From an uncultured Flavobacteriales bacterium (GTDB lineage Bacteria; Bacteroidota; Bacteroidia; Flavobacteriales; Flavobacteriaceae), in assembly GCA_913031385.1 (NCBI GenBank), contig CAJWCT010000001.1, positions 1 to 63,832 on the forward strand: DNA of 63,832 nucleotides, written 5' to 3'. The notes beneath the pieces were generated by a model. It did no database searches, had not been told where the DNA came from, and saw only the letters and a program-made list of their open reading frames with translations. This document shows positions 39,797 to 48,967 of this stretch, one piece after another; position 1 is the stretch's first letter; each line of letters begins with the position of its first letter. A program made the position numbers and the translations under genes.

Positions 39797-39804
39797 TAAA
39801 TTTG
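39797..39804 (+). promoter_or_regulatory. Candidate -7 promoter box (TAAATTTG) abutting the fur start
   Basis: Exact TAnnTTTG match only 4 nt upstream of the ATG at 39809. If functional, it would give an essentially leaderless mRNA. It could equally be chance in AT-rich DNA. Confidence 0.15.
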
Positions 39805-39808
39805 TCTT

Positions 39809-40261
39809 ATGATTAAAGAAGCTAAAATAAGTGATAACGAAATTGTAAAAAAAGTATTTAAAAATTTTTTAAATAAAAAAGGTTATAGGAAAACTCCTGA
39901 AAGATATGCTATATTAAATGAAGTATATAATACTAAATTGCATTTTGATATAGAATCTCTGTATATAAAAATGAAAAATAAAAAGTACAGGGTTTCTAGA
40001 GCTACTCTATATAACACTATCGAATTATTATTAAAATGTTCATTAGTAAGAAAGCATCAATTCTCACAAGACCATCAAGCCTCTTACGAAAAATGTTATT
40101 TTAATAAACAGCATGACCATCTTATTTTGATTGATTCTGGAGAAGTTGTAGAATTCTGTGACCCAAGGATTGAAACAATTAAAAAAACTATTGAAGAAGT
40201 TTTTAATGTAAAAATAGATAGTCACTCATTATACTTTTACGGAAAAAATAATAATAAATAG
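39809..40261 (+). CDS. fur: Fur-family transcriptional repressor
   Basis: 150 aa with a winged-helix N-terminus ([13 protein letters not shown]...[12 protein letters not shown]) and a metal-site region QHDHLIL...EFCDPRIE. Confidence 0.85.
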   Translation: MIKEAKISDNEIVKKVFKNFLNKKGYRKTPERYAILNEVYNTKLHFDIESLYIKMKNKKYRVSRATLYNTIELLLKCSLVRKHQFSQDHQASYEKCYFNKQHDHLILIDSGEVVEFCDPRIETIKKTIEEVFNVKIDSHSLYFYGKNNNK

Positions 40262-40267
40262 AATAGA

Positions 40268-41539
40268 ATGTCAATAGATTTATTATTAGGACTTCAATGG
40301 GGTGATGAAGGAAAGGGAAAAATAGTTGATGTTCTAACTTCAGGATATAAGATAATTGCCAGGTTTCAAGGAGGTCCAAATGCTGGTCACACATTAGTTT
40401 TCAACGGCAAAAAGCATGTTCTACATACAATTCCTTCAGGCATATTTCATGAAAACAAAATAAATATTATAGGTAATGGAGTAGTCATTGATCCTGTTAT
40501 ATTACGAAATGAATTAAAAAATTTAGAAGCAGAGGGGATTGATTATAAAAAATCACTACTCATTTCTAGAAAAGCACATTTAATTCTTCCAACCCATAGA
40601 ATACTTGATGCTACAAGTGAAAAATCTAAAGGGAAAAATAAAATAGGATCAACCTTAAAAGGCATAGGACCAACTTACATGGACAAAACAGGTAGAAATG
40701 GATTTAGAGTTGGTGATCTTGAATCTGAAAATTGGATAGAAAAGTACTCAGAATTAAAATCAAAACATAAGAGATTAATTGATTTTTTCAACGTTAGTTT
40801 AGAATATAATTTTGAAGAACTTGAAAAGGAATTTTTTGAATCAATAAAAAATTTAAAAAGTCTTAATTTTATTGATTCTGAAGAATATATTTATCAGGAA
40901 CAAAATAAAGGAAGTTCTATCTTAGCTGAAGGTGCTCAAGGATCCTTATTAGATATTGATTTTGGAACTTATCCGTTTGTCACCTCATCAAATACAACTG
41001 CAGCAGGTGCGTGTACAGGACTAGGAGTTTCTCCAAATTCAATAAAAGAAGTATTTGGGATTTTTAAAGCTTATACAACAAGAGTAGGTTCTGGACCTTT
41101 TCCTACAGAATTATTTAATAGTAATGGTAAAAGAATGGGTAAGGCTGGAAATGAATTTGGGGCTACAACTGGAAGACCTAGAAGATGCGGATGGCTTGAT
41201 TTAGTAGCTCTTAAATATTCATGTAAAATTAATGGAGTTACAAAACTCATGATGATGAAATCTGATGTATTATCTGGATTTAAATCAATTAAAGTATGTA
41301 CATCATATGAGTACAAAGGGAAAAAAATAAAATACATGCCATATGACATCAATGATAATTCATTAAAACCAATATATGATGAATTTGAAGGGTGGAATGA
41401 TGACATAACAAAAATTAATAATTTTGATAAACTCCCTATAAATCTTAAAAAGTATATTTCATATCTTGAAAAAGAGTTAAATATTCCAATTACTATCATT
41501 TCCGTTGGTCCTGATCGTTTACAAACAATCATTGTTTAA
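40268..41539 (+). CDS. purA: Adenylosuccinate synthase
   Basis: Motifs GLQWGDEGKGK, GPNAGHT, GPTYMDK and GATTGRPRRCGW. 423 aa. Confidence 0.97.
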   Translation: MSIDLLLGLQWGDEGKGKIVDVLTSGYKIIARFQGGPNAGHTLVFNGKKHVLHTIPSGIFHENKINIIGNGVVIDPVILRNELKNLEAEGIDYKKSLLISRKAHLILPTHRILDATSEKSKGKNKIGSTLKGIGPTYMDKTGRNGFRVGDLESENWIEKYSELKSKHKRLIDFFNVSLEYNFEELEKEFFESIKNLKSLNFIDSEEYIYQEQNKGSSILAEGAQGSLLDIDFGTYPFVTSSNTTAAGACTGLGVSPNSIKEVFGIFKAYTTRVGSGPFPTELFNSNGKRMGKAGNEFGATTGRPRRCGWLDLVALKYSCKINGVTKLMMMKSDVLSGFKSIKVCTSYEYKGKKIKYMPYDINDNSLKPIYDEFEGWNDDITKINNFDKLPINLKKYISYLEKELNIPITIISVGPDRLQTIIV

Positions 41540-41547
41540 ATATAGTT

Positions 41548-43161
41548 TTGAATAATAAATTATACATACTCAGTTTTATTTTCCTGACACTAAACATAAG
41601 TGATAGACTCTTTTCACAAGAAAATACTAATATAAAAATAGAAACTGCAGGATTTTTTGATAAAGACAATAAAAAATTTCCTAATGCAACCGTTTTAACT
41701 AGGGATAATTTAGGTCAAGTAGTTATTACACATGAAGGAGTTAAAATGTGGTGTAATCAAGCGTTTTTTTATGAAGATAAAAATTTTATTGAAGCCTATG
41801 GAAATGTCATTTTAAAACAAGGAGACACTATTGATCTAAAAAGTAGTTATTTAGAGTATAATGGAGATAGTAAGCTCGCATATGCAAAAGGAAATGTAAT
41901 TCTTAAAGAACCTACATCAACATTGTATACTGAATCTCTATTTTTTGACAGGGATATTCAAGAAGCATATTATAACAACCATGGCAAATTGATAAAACAT
42001 CCTTCTGATACGATCGTAAGTGATCAAGGAAGGTACTTTATGGATTTGAAAAAATATAGATTTAAAGAAAATATAAATTTAAAAACTCCTAAAAATGATA
42101 TTTATTCAAAAAAATTAGACTACTTCACAGAAAGTGGACTGGCATATTTTTTTGGACCTACTGATATTTTTAGTGAGGATACTAAAATATATTGTGAAAT
42201 TGGTTATTATGATACGAATAATGATGTTGGCTATTTTATTAAAAATGCTCAGATTGACTTTAATGACTCAGAGATAAAAGCAGACAGCATCTACTTTGAT
42301 AATAAAATAAATTATGCAGCAGCAACAAATAACATTAAAATAACAGACACCATAAATAAAACAACAACAACAGGTCATTATGCTGAGATATATAAATCGA
42401 TTGATTCAATGTATATAACTAAAAAGGCACTAGTTGCTTCATATCAACAGAAAGATTCAATTTATATTCATAGCGATACCATTCTAATGACAGGTAATGA
42501 AGAGAATAGAATAATAAGGGCTTATAAAAATGCTAAAATCTATAAGGCTGATCTAAGTGGTAAGGCGGATTCGATTCATTTTAATAGAAAAAGTGGTATA
42601 GCACAATTAATAAATATCAATGATCAATTAACAAATCCGTTTATAAAAACAAAAAAACCAATTCTATGGAATTTAGAAAATCAAATAACTGGAGATTCAA
42701 TTCATCTATTATTTAATATAGATAATGATCAATTGGACTCATTATTAGTTTTTAACAATGCCTTAATAATAAATAAAGACAGCCTTGGAACTGGCTTTAA
42801 TCAAATTTCAGGTCAAAAATTATACGGAAATTTTATCAACAATGAACTTAAAAAGATTGATATTATAAAGAATGCTGAATCAATTTATTACCTTAGAAAT
42901 TCTGAAAATGAATTAGTGGGAATAGACAGATCAAAATCTGGAAAAATAAAAATTTTGTTAGACAATAACTCTATTAAAAAATTTATAAAAATAAACCAGA
43001 TTGATGGAAATACATATCCTGAAGATGAATTTTTAGAAGAATTAAAATTTTTAAAGGGGTTCTATTTTAGAGAAGAGGAAAAACCTAATAGCATTAAGGA
43101 TTTATTTAAAGATGACCCTAAATTAATTTTGACAAAAATCAAGAGTCTACAAATAAATTAA
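41548..43161 (+). CDS. OstA-like (LptA/LptD N-terminal fold) repeat protein, secreted
   Basis: TTG start and a signal peptide. Repeated OstA-like beta-jellyroll segments (..VKMWCNQAFFYEDKNFIEAYGNVILKQGDT..AYAKGNVILKEP..). 537 aa. Confidence 0.7.
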   Translation: MNNKLYILSFIFLTLNISDRLFSQENTNIKIETAGFFDKDNKKFPNATVLTRDNLGQVVITHEGVKMWCNQAFFYEDKNFIEAYGNVILKQGDTIDLKSSYLEYNGDSKLAYAKGNVILKEPTSTLYTESLFFDRDIQEAYYNNHGKLIKHPSDTIVSDQGRYFMDLKKYRFKENINLKTPKNDIYSKKLDYFTESGLAYFFGPTDIFSEDTKIYCEIGYYDTNNDVGYFIKNAQIDFNDSEIKADSIYFDNKINYAAATNNIKITDTINKTTTTGHYAEIYKSIDSMYITKKALVASYQQKDSIYIHSDTILMTGNEENRIIRAYKNAKIYKADLSGKADSIHFNRKSGIAQLININDQLTNPFIKTKKPILWNLENQITGDSIHLLFNIDNDQLDSLLVFNNALIINKDSLGTGFNQISGQKLYGNFINNELKKIDIIKNAESIYYLRNSENELVGIDRSKSGKIKILLDNNSIKKFIKINQIDGNTYPEDEFLEELKFLKGFYFREEEKPNSIKDLFKDDPKLILTKIKSLQIN

Positions 43162-44348
43162 TTGTAACAATAAAGAAAGATTTTTTAAAATATCAAGCTC
43201 AAACTACACCTACTCCATTAGCAATTGAAGTATCATTTGCTAAAGGCTCATATATTTATGATAAGAAAAACAAAGCCTATTTAGACTTCATTGCTGGAGT
43301 TTCAGCTTGTAGCCTTGGTCATAGTAATCCCTACCTGATAAATTCAATTAATAAGCAAATTGAAAAATATATGCATGTTATGGTCTATGGGGAATTTATC
43401 CTAGATCCATCAATTAAGTTAGTTAAACTTATAAGTAAGCTATTGCCAAAAAATTTAAACTCAACATATTTAACAAATTCAGGAACGGAAGCAATTGAAG
43501 GAGCGGTAAAACTTGCTAGAAGATACACCCGAAGAAAAGAAGTAATTGCTTCTACAAACGCATATCATGGAAGTACAATGGGCGCATTAACCTTTATGGG
43601 GATTAAAAGTCGTCGGGATCCTTTTGGACCATTAATTCCAAAAGTAAAATTTATAACATATAATGAAGAAAAAGACCTAAAAATAATTTCTTCAGAAACT
43701 GCAGCAGTAATACTTGAAACAATACAGGGTGGTGCCGGATTTATAACTCCAAAAAATAATTATTTACAAAAAGTAAAAAAAAGATGCAATGAAGTTGGTG
43801 CTCTATTAATATTAGATGAGATTCAATCAGGTATTGGAAGAACAGGTAAAATGTTTGGTTTTGAAGATTACAATTGCACACCTGATATAGTGGTATATGG
43901 GAAAGGATTGGGTGGAGGATTACCTATTGGTGCATTTACTTCTAATAAGAAGGTTATGGACAGTTTACATAAAGATCCGATTATGGGCCATATAACAACT
44001 TTTGGAGGAAACCCAGTGGTTTCTGCATGCGCATATGCAACCCTAAAAAAAATTTCCTCATCTAAAATAATGAGCAATTGTATTAAAAAAGAACAATTAC
44101 TTAAATCGCTATTAGTTCATCCATTAATAAAAGAAATTAGAGGTAAAGGACTAATGTTATGTTTAATTATGGAAAATTCTATTATAGCTAATAATTTAAT
44201 TCTAAGAGCCAAGGATAATGGATTATTGTTATTTTGGTTATTAATTAATAAAAGTGCTGTTAGAATAACACCTCCACTCACAATCACAAATAAAGAAATA
44301 CAAAAGGGGTGTAAAATTATTATTGATATTCTTAACAAACTCATTTAA
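43161..44348 (+). CDS. Class-III (PLP-dependent) aminotransferase; 5' end lacks a canonical start codon
   Basis: Motifs GTEAIEGAVKLAR and DEIQSGIGRTGKMF, with the PLP-Lys region YGKGLGGG. The frame is open from 43122 and encodes a conserved family N-terminus (KKDFLKYQAQTTP...YLDFIAGVSACSLGHSNP) upstream of the first ATG at 43371. The start is provisionally put at ATT 43161, which overlaps the upstream TAA. Confidence 0.75.
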   Translation: MVTIKKDFLKYQAQTTPTPLAIEVSFAKGSYIYDKKNKAYLDFIAGVSACSLGHSNPYLINSINKQIEKYMHVMVYGEFILDPSIKLVKLISKLLPKNLNSTYLTNSGTEAIEGAVKLARRYTRRKEVIASTNAYHGSTMGALTFMGIKSRRDPFGPLIPKVKFITYNEEKDLKIISSETAAVILETIQGGAGFITPKNNYLQKVKKRCNEVGALLILDEIQSGIGRTGKMFGFEDYNCTPDIVVYGKGLGGGLPIGAFTSNKKVMDSLHKDPIMGHITTFGGNPVVSACAYATLKKISSSKIMSNCIKKEQLLKSLLVHPLIKEIRGKGLMLCLIMENSIIANNLILRAKDNGLLLFWLLINKSAVRITPPLTITNKEIQKGCKIIIDILNKLI

Positions 44349-44371
44349 GATGTTAATTAGTTTGTTAAGAA
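44329..44371. repeat. 13-bp perfect inverted repeat straddling the aminotransferase stop codon (possible RNA stem-loop/terminator without U-tract)
   Basis: ttcttaacaaact (44329-44341) is the exact reverse complement of agtttgttaagaa (44359-44371), with a 17-nt loop. It is followed by an A-rich rather than a T-rich tract. Confidence 0.4.
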
Positions 44372-44437
44372 ATAAACTCTAAAAAAAATATACTGACTTT
44401 ATTCTGCATTAATTTTATATATAGAGATGTTTTCTAT

Positions 44438-45490
44438 ATGGATATAAATGATGTAAAATTCTCTGTCGACAGATTCGAAAAAATGATTAATGATAATTCA
44501 TTACTTTTTTTTGATTCATTTGAGTTTGAGAGTATAGTTGCCCATTACTTAGAGAATGGTAAAATTGAATATGCTAGAAAGGCAATCGATTTATCATTAA
44601 ACCAGCACCCTACTTCATCCAGTCTTATTTTACTAAAAATTGAATTATATATTCATGAAGACAAGATAAATGAAGCTGATGAATTGTTGAACTCAATATT
44701 AATTAATGAAAATTTAAATGAAGAAATATGTATAGTAAAGGCAAATATCTTATCTAAAAAAAAATTACACTATAAAGCCATAGAGTATTTAAATAAAATA
44801 TTAGCTATGGGAGAAAATAATAATGAAATACATTATTTAATAGGTATTGAATATTTATTTCTTGAAAATTTCGTAAAAGCTAAATCAAATTTTATTAATA
44901 GCTTAAACTATAATTCATCAGACCATGGAACCCTATATAATATTATATATTGCTTTGAGATGCTAAATAAAAAACTTAATTCAATTAGTTTTTTAAATAA
45001 TTATCTTGATAGAAATCCTTACTGTGAAATATCTTGGTATAATTTAGGCAAACAATATGTTTCATTGAAAAAATATGAAGAGGGTCTAAATTCCTTTGAT
45101 TTTGCAATTATATCAGATGAAAATTTTACTAGCCCATACATAGAAAAAGCTAAAATCTTACAAAGATTAGATAAATATGAAGAAGCAATAATAATCTATA
45201 AAAAATTATTGTCAGTAAATAAAACTTCTTCGTATGCTATGCTGAAAATTGGTCATTGTTATGAAAAAATAGGGAATTCAAGTAATGCATTAGCATATTA
45301 CTATAAATCTGTTCATTATGACCCATCAACGGATAAAGCTTGGTATAGATTATCTAAGTATTTTTTAAAAAACAAAAATTATAAAAAGGCAAATGATTAT
45401 ATAGAGAAAGCTATAAGAATAAATCAAGAAAAACCTAAATACTGGAAATTATATTTGAAATGTGCTTCATTAATTTCAGCAAAAAATTAG
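44438..45490 (+). CDS. Tetratricopeptide-repeat protein
   Basis: 350 aa made of successive 34-residue TPR-like units (..A..Y...L...P....A.Y..G). Confidence 0.7.
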   Translation: MDINDVKFSVDRFEKMINDNSLLFFDSFEFESIVAHYLENGKIEYARKAIDLSLNQHPTSSSLILLKIELYIHEDKINEADELLNSILINENLNEEICIVKANILSKKKLHYKAIEYLNKILAMGENNNEIHYLIGIEYLFLENFVKAKSNFINSLNYNSSDHGTLYNIIYCFEMLNKKLNSISFLNNYLDRNPYCEISWYNLGKQYVSLKKYEEGLNSFDFAIISDENFTSPYIEKAKILQRLDKYEEAIIIYKKLLSVNKTSSYAMLKIGHCYEKIGNSSNALAYYYKSVHYDPSTDKAWYRLSKYFLKNKNYKKANDYIEKAIRINQEKPKYWKLYLKCASLISAKN

Positions 45491-45523
45491 TAGCTTAACA
45501 CTAATTTTATCATAAACCTTATT

Positions 45524-46405
45524 GTGAAAAAAAACTTTTCATACTATTTAGTATTAACTTTAAAAGGAATGGCAATGGGTGCTGCTGATGCAGTTCCAGG
45601 AATCTCAGGAGGAACAATAGCTCTATTATTGGGGATTTATGAAGAATTAATTAATACAATAGGCAGTATCAACATATCTCTTTTAAAGGATCTAAAAAGT
45701 AATGGATTCATTTATTTTTGGCGAAAACTTAATGGGAATTTCTTATTATCGCTAATAATTGGCATAGGAATTAGCTTAATTACATTTATTCAGATAGCTG
45801 CATATTTATTTGATAAATATCCAATTTTAATTTGGTCATTTTTTTTAGGACTAGTACTAGCAACAATATATGTAATATATAAACTAATAAAATCATGGAA
45901 TTATGTCAATTTAATGTTTGTTGTCGTTTCTGTATTTTCATCATTTTACTTAAGTGAAATAAGTATAATAGTTAATACTGACATAGACCTTATATATATT
46001 CTTATATGTGGAATTATTGCTGCATCAGCTATGATTATACCAGGAATCTCTGGTGCTCTTATACTGGTTATATTAGGTTTATATTCTACAATGATTAATG
46101 CAGTTAATAATTTAGAATTTGACAAAATCATAACATTTACTTCAGGAGCTATAGTAGGACTATTAAGTTTTAGTAAAATAATAAAATGGATGTTTAGTAA
46201 AAACTCATCCCTCACCTATTCTATTCTTTTAGGTTTTGTTATTGGTTCATTAAGCAAAGTTTGGCCTTGGAAGTCAGAATTAGGACAAAACATTTTACCA
46301 TCATCTTATATTGGAGAAAATTATCTTTTTTATTCAATAATTTTAATTTCAATTGGCTTTTTATTAATTTTTTCAGTAGAAAAGATTCAAAAATTAAATA
46401 ATTGA
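45524..46405 (+). CDS. DUF368 family membrane protein (polyprenyl-phosphate transporter family), copy 1
   Basis: GTG start. GAADAVPGISGGTIALLLGIYEELI and a second internal repeat IPGISGALILVILG. Polytopic. Confidence 0.8.
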   Translation: MKKNFSYYLVLTLKGMAMGAADAVPGISGGTIALLLGIYEELINTIGSINISLLKDLKSNGFIYFWRKLNGNFLLSLIIGIGISLITFIQIAAYLFDKYPILIWSFFLGLVLATIYVIYKLIKSWNYVNLMFVVVSVFSSFYLSEISIIVNTDIDLIYILICGIIAASAMIIPGISGALILVILGLYSTMINAVNNLEFDKIITFTSGAIVGLLSFSKIIKWMFSKNSSLTYSILLGFVIGSLSKVWPWKSELGQNILPSSYIGENYLFYSIILISIGFLLIFSVEKIQKLNN

Positions 46406-47361
46406 AAAAATCTGGAAATTTATATTCTTCACTTTCCATACTAATTAATGGAATTCTGATGGGCACTGCTAACAAGATACCAGGAGTTTCTGGTGGTCTT
46501 GTAGCAATTGCTATTGGGTTTTATGAAGAACTTGTTTTTTCTCTAAAAAAGATAGATAGGAAAGCATTACAATTTTTGTTTTCTGGAAAATTAGCAAGGT
46601 TTTACAATCACATTAATGGGCAGTTCTTAATTCTAATACTTTTGGGTATAGTAATTAGCTACTTTTCAACATCAAAATTACTTGACTTCTTATTAGAAAG
46701 ATACGAGATATATGTGTGGAGTTTATTTTTTGGTCTTGTTATTGGTACTGTTTATCACCTAAAAAAGAAAATAAATAGTTGGACGAGAGAAAATATAATT
46801 ATTCTCCTTTTAGGCATAATAATAGGTATAGGAATAAGTATAATGAATCCAGCTAGTGAAAATGATAATTTAATTTTTGTTTTTATATGCGGTGTGATTA
46901 GTGTTTCTGGAATGATTTTACCCGGTCTCTCTGGTTCATTTATTCTTATACTAATGGGGAATTACGTTCTTTTACTGGTAGATTCCGTGAATGCATTATA
47001 CGATTCTATTTTTGAAATGATAAATGGTGATTATTCTTTTGTTGATAATATTGATAGAATAAATAAACTAAAGATAATTTCAGTGTTTGCTGCAGGATCA
47101 ATGGCAGGATTAATTGTATTATCAAATATTCTAAGTTTCTTTTTAAGAAAATATGATCAATTGTGTTACTCGATAATTCTTGGATTTATAATTGGCTCCC
47201 TTGGAGTTATATGGCCATGGAAAAATGATATAATTGAAAGTGGGAAAATAGAAAGATATATCCCTGAATTAAATCAAGAAACATTTATAGGAATATTATT
47301 TATATTAATTGGAATTTTTTCAGTAGTTATTCTAAGTCAATATGATAAATCAAAAAATTGA
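46402..47361 (+). CDS. DUF368 family membrane protein, copy 2
   Basis: TTG start overlapping the copy-1 stop (TTGA). GTANKIPGVSGGLVAIAIGFYEEL and LPGLSGSFILILMG. Confidence 0.8.
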   Translation: MKKSGNLYSSLSILINGILMGTANKIPGVSGGLVAIAIGFYEELVFSLKKIDRKALQFLFSGKLARFYNHINGQFLILILLGIVISYFSTSKLLDFLLERYEIYVWSLFFGLVIGTVYHLKKKINSWTRENIIILLLGIIIGIGISIMNPASENDNLIFVFICGVISVSGMILPGLSGSFILILMGNYVLLLVDSVNALYDSIFEMINGDYSFVDNIDRINKLKIISVFAAGSMAGLIVLSNILSFFLRKYDQLCYSIILGFIIGSLGVIWPWKNDIIESGKIERYIPELNQETFIGILFILIGIFSVVILSQYDKSKN

Positions 47362-47376
47362 TTAAAAGTAAAATTA

Positions 47377-48963
47377 CTAATGTTTAACTATTTTAAATAT
47401 TTCTAAATCATCATATTCAGATTTTATTTCAAGAATATAAATTCCTTTTTGAAAATTTTGCATGAGCAATACATTATTCATGCCATTAATTATACTTGAA
47501 TACAATAATTTTCCAGAAATATCAAATATGTTTATCTCCAAGTATCCATCAATAGTTGATACTATGTTTAAGATTTCATCAACAGGGTTAGGAAATATGA
47601 TAATGGGGGTTTTCTCAACATTCAAAGCTAATTGATAAGCTAATTCAAAATTAGGTATTCCATAGCCTAAATAATAATCAGGATATTGATATTGAGATGC
47701 AGTATATCTAATAATATCCATTATTTGATTATTTTTCAATGTTGGAAATGCCTGCAATAAACATGCAACGGAGCCAGCAATAATTGGAGAACTATAAGAA
47801 GTACCTCCTCCTTGTACAAGATTATCTAAAGAATTAATTAAATACGTCCCTGATCCACGTGCTGATATATCAGGTTTTATTACTTGTTGAAAATTGTTTC
47901 CTTGTGAACTAAAAGAAGCATAATTTCCCAATCCGTCAACTGCTCCAATTGAAAAAACACCCCTAGAATCAGCTGGAGCAATAACGCCATTTACTGAAGA
48001 ATTTCCAGCAGAATTAACTAGTATTATACCCTTTTCATAAGCAATATTAGAACCCCTAGTGATAAATGCGGTAGTTCCGTCCATTTCTTCTTGAGAATAA
48101 CTATAACTAGAGTTGTCATATATTCTGTACCCGAGGGAAGTATTGGCTATATCTATGCCTAAACTGTCAGCTCTTTCAATAGCTTCTACCCAGTAGCTTT
48201 CTTCAACAGGATTTTCTGAAGAAACATCTTCTGTCCTAAATAAATAAAATTCAGCATCAATTGCCGTTCCATAAAATTGGTTTTCAATATATCCAGCTAT
48301 AATACTTAAAACATTTGTCCCATGAGAATTACCAATATAATCAAACAAATTTTCAGTTCTATCAACAAAGTCATATGTGTATTTTATATTTCCTGAACTC
48401 CTCAATCTATAAAAACCTTCCATTGTATCAACATTTCTGAAACCCGCATCAAATACACCTACTGAAATATCACTTCCAGTAAAGCCAAGACTGTGTAGAA
48501 AGTCCAAGTTAATCATTTGGATTTGATCAAATGGGACTCTATTGTTTAGATCATGATTTATCTCAGAAAATTTATCTTTCATTGCAGTTTTATTGATTCT
48601 GTTATTAGATCGATTTGCATATTCTATTCTATCAACAAAATCTAAGTTTTGCAACTGGTCAATTTCTTCATAATCCCCACGAACATGCAGACAATTAAAC
48701 CATTTAGATTTTGACAAAACATCTAATCCTTGAAAATTATCAATAGTTTCTATATACGATTCATTAATAGGCACATCTCTAAAGTCTATTGGAATGTTCT
48801 TTAAAGACTTCATGTTTATAGATTTTTGACTTAATATAAGTATAGGGTTTTCAATAAAATATTCATAATTAGGTTTATCATTTAAGTAAACCCATGCATC
48901 TTCTAATTGAGCATATGTATTAAATTGGAATAAAAAAAGAATAAGTAAAAGTCTAAAGTCCAT
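47377..48963 (-). CDS. Secreted S8 (subtilisin-family) serine peptidase with T9SS C-terminal sorting domain
   Basis: Signal peptide. Catalytic triad contexts VGVFDAGF (Asp), HGTNVLS (His) and GTSYSSPIIAG (Ser). The C-terminus reads IFPNPVDEILNI...GIYILEIKSEYDDLEIFKIVKH. Confidence 0.9.
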   Translation of the reverse strand: MDFRLLLILFLFQFNTYAQLEDAWVYLNDKPNYEYFIENPILILSQKSINMKSLKNIPIDFRDVPINESYIETIDNFQGLDVLSKSKWFNCLHVRGDYEEIDQLQNLDFVDRIEYANRSNNRINKTAMKDKFSEINHDLNNRVPFDQIQMINLDFLHSLGFTGSDISVGVFDAGFRNVDTMEGFYRLRSSGNIKYTYDFVDRTENLFDYIGNSHGTNVLSIIAGYIENQFYGTAIDAEFYLFRTEDVSSENPVEESYWVEAIERADSLGIDIANTSLGYRIYDNSSYSYSQEEMDGTTAFITRGSNIAYEKGIILVNSAGNSSVNGVIAPADSRGVFSIGAVDGLGNYASFSSQGNNFQQVIKPDISARGSGTYLINSLDNLVQGGGTSYSSPIIAGSVACLLQAFPTLKNNQIMDIIRYTASQYQYPDYYLGYGIPNFELAYQLALNVEKTPIIIFPNPVDEILNIVSTIDGYLEINIFDISGKLLYSSIINGMNNVLLMQNFQKGIYILEIKSEYDDLEIFKIVKH

Positions 48964-48967
48964 AATA

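Noticed and set aside
39809-40261. The Fur homolog has no CxxC pairs (only isolated Cys residues), suggesting loss of the structural Zn(Cys)4 site.
   Set aside because: Several well-studied Fur proteins lack the Cys4 site, and as far as I recall the relA-linked flavobacterial Fur family generally shows the same HDH...EFCDPRI pattern. This is probably lineage-typical.
41071-41532. A 153-aa ORF antisense to purA. It is the longest shadow ORF in the track and is notable in stop-rich AT-rich DNA.
   Set aside because: It lies entirely inside a highly conserved gene on the other strand. Its Ser/Leu/Phe/Pro-rich, low-complexity composition is typical of antisense translation. It has no upstream spacer, promoter box or recognisable family. 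I treat it as a chance open frame in the antisense frame offset by one base from the purA codons.
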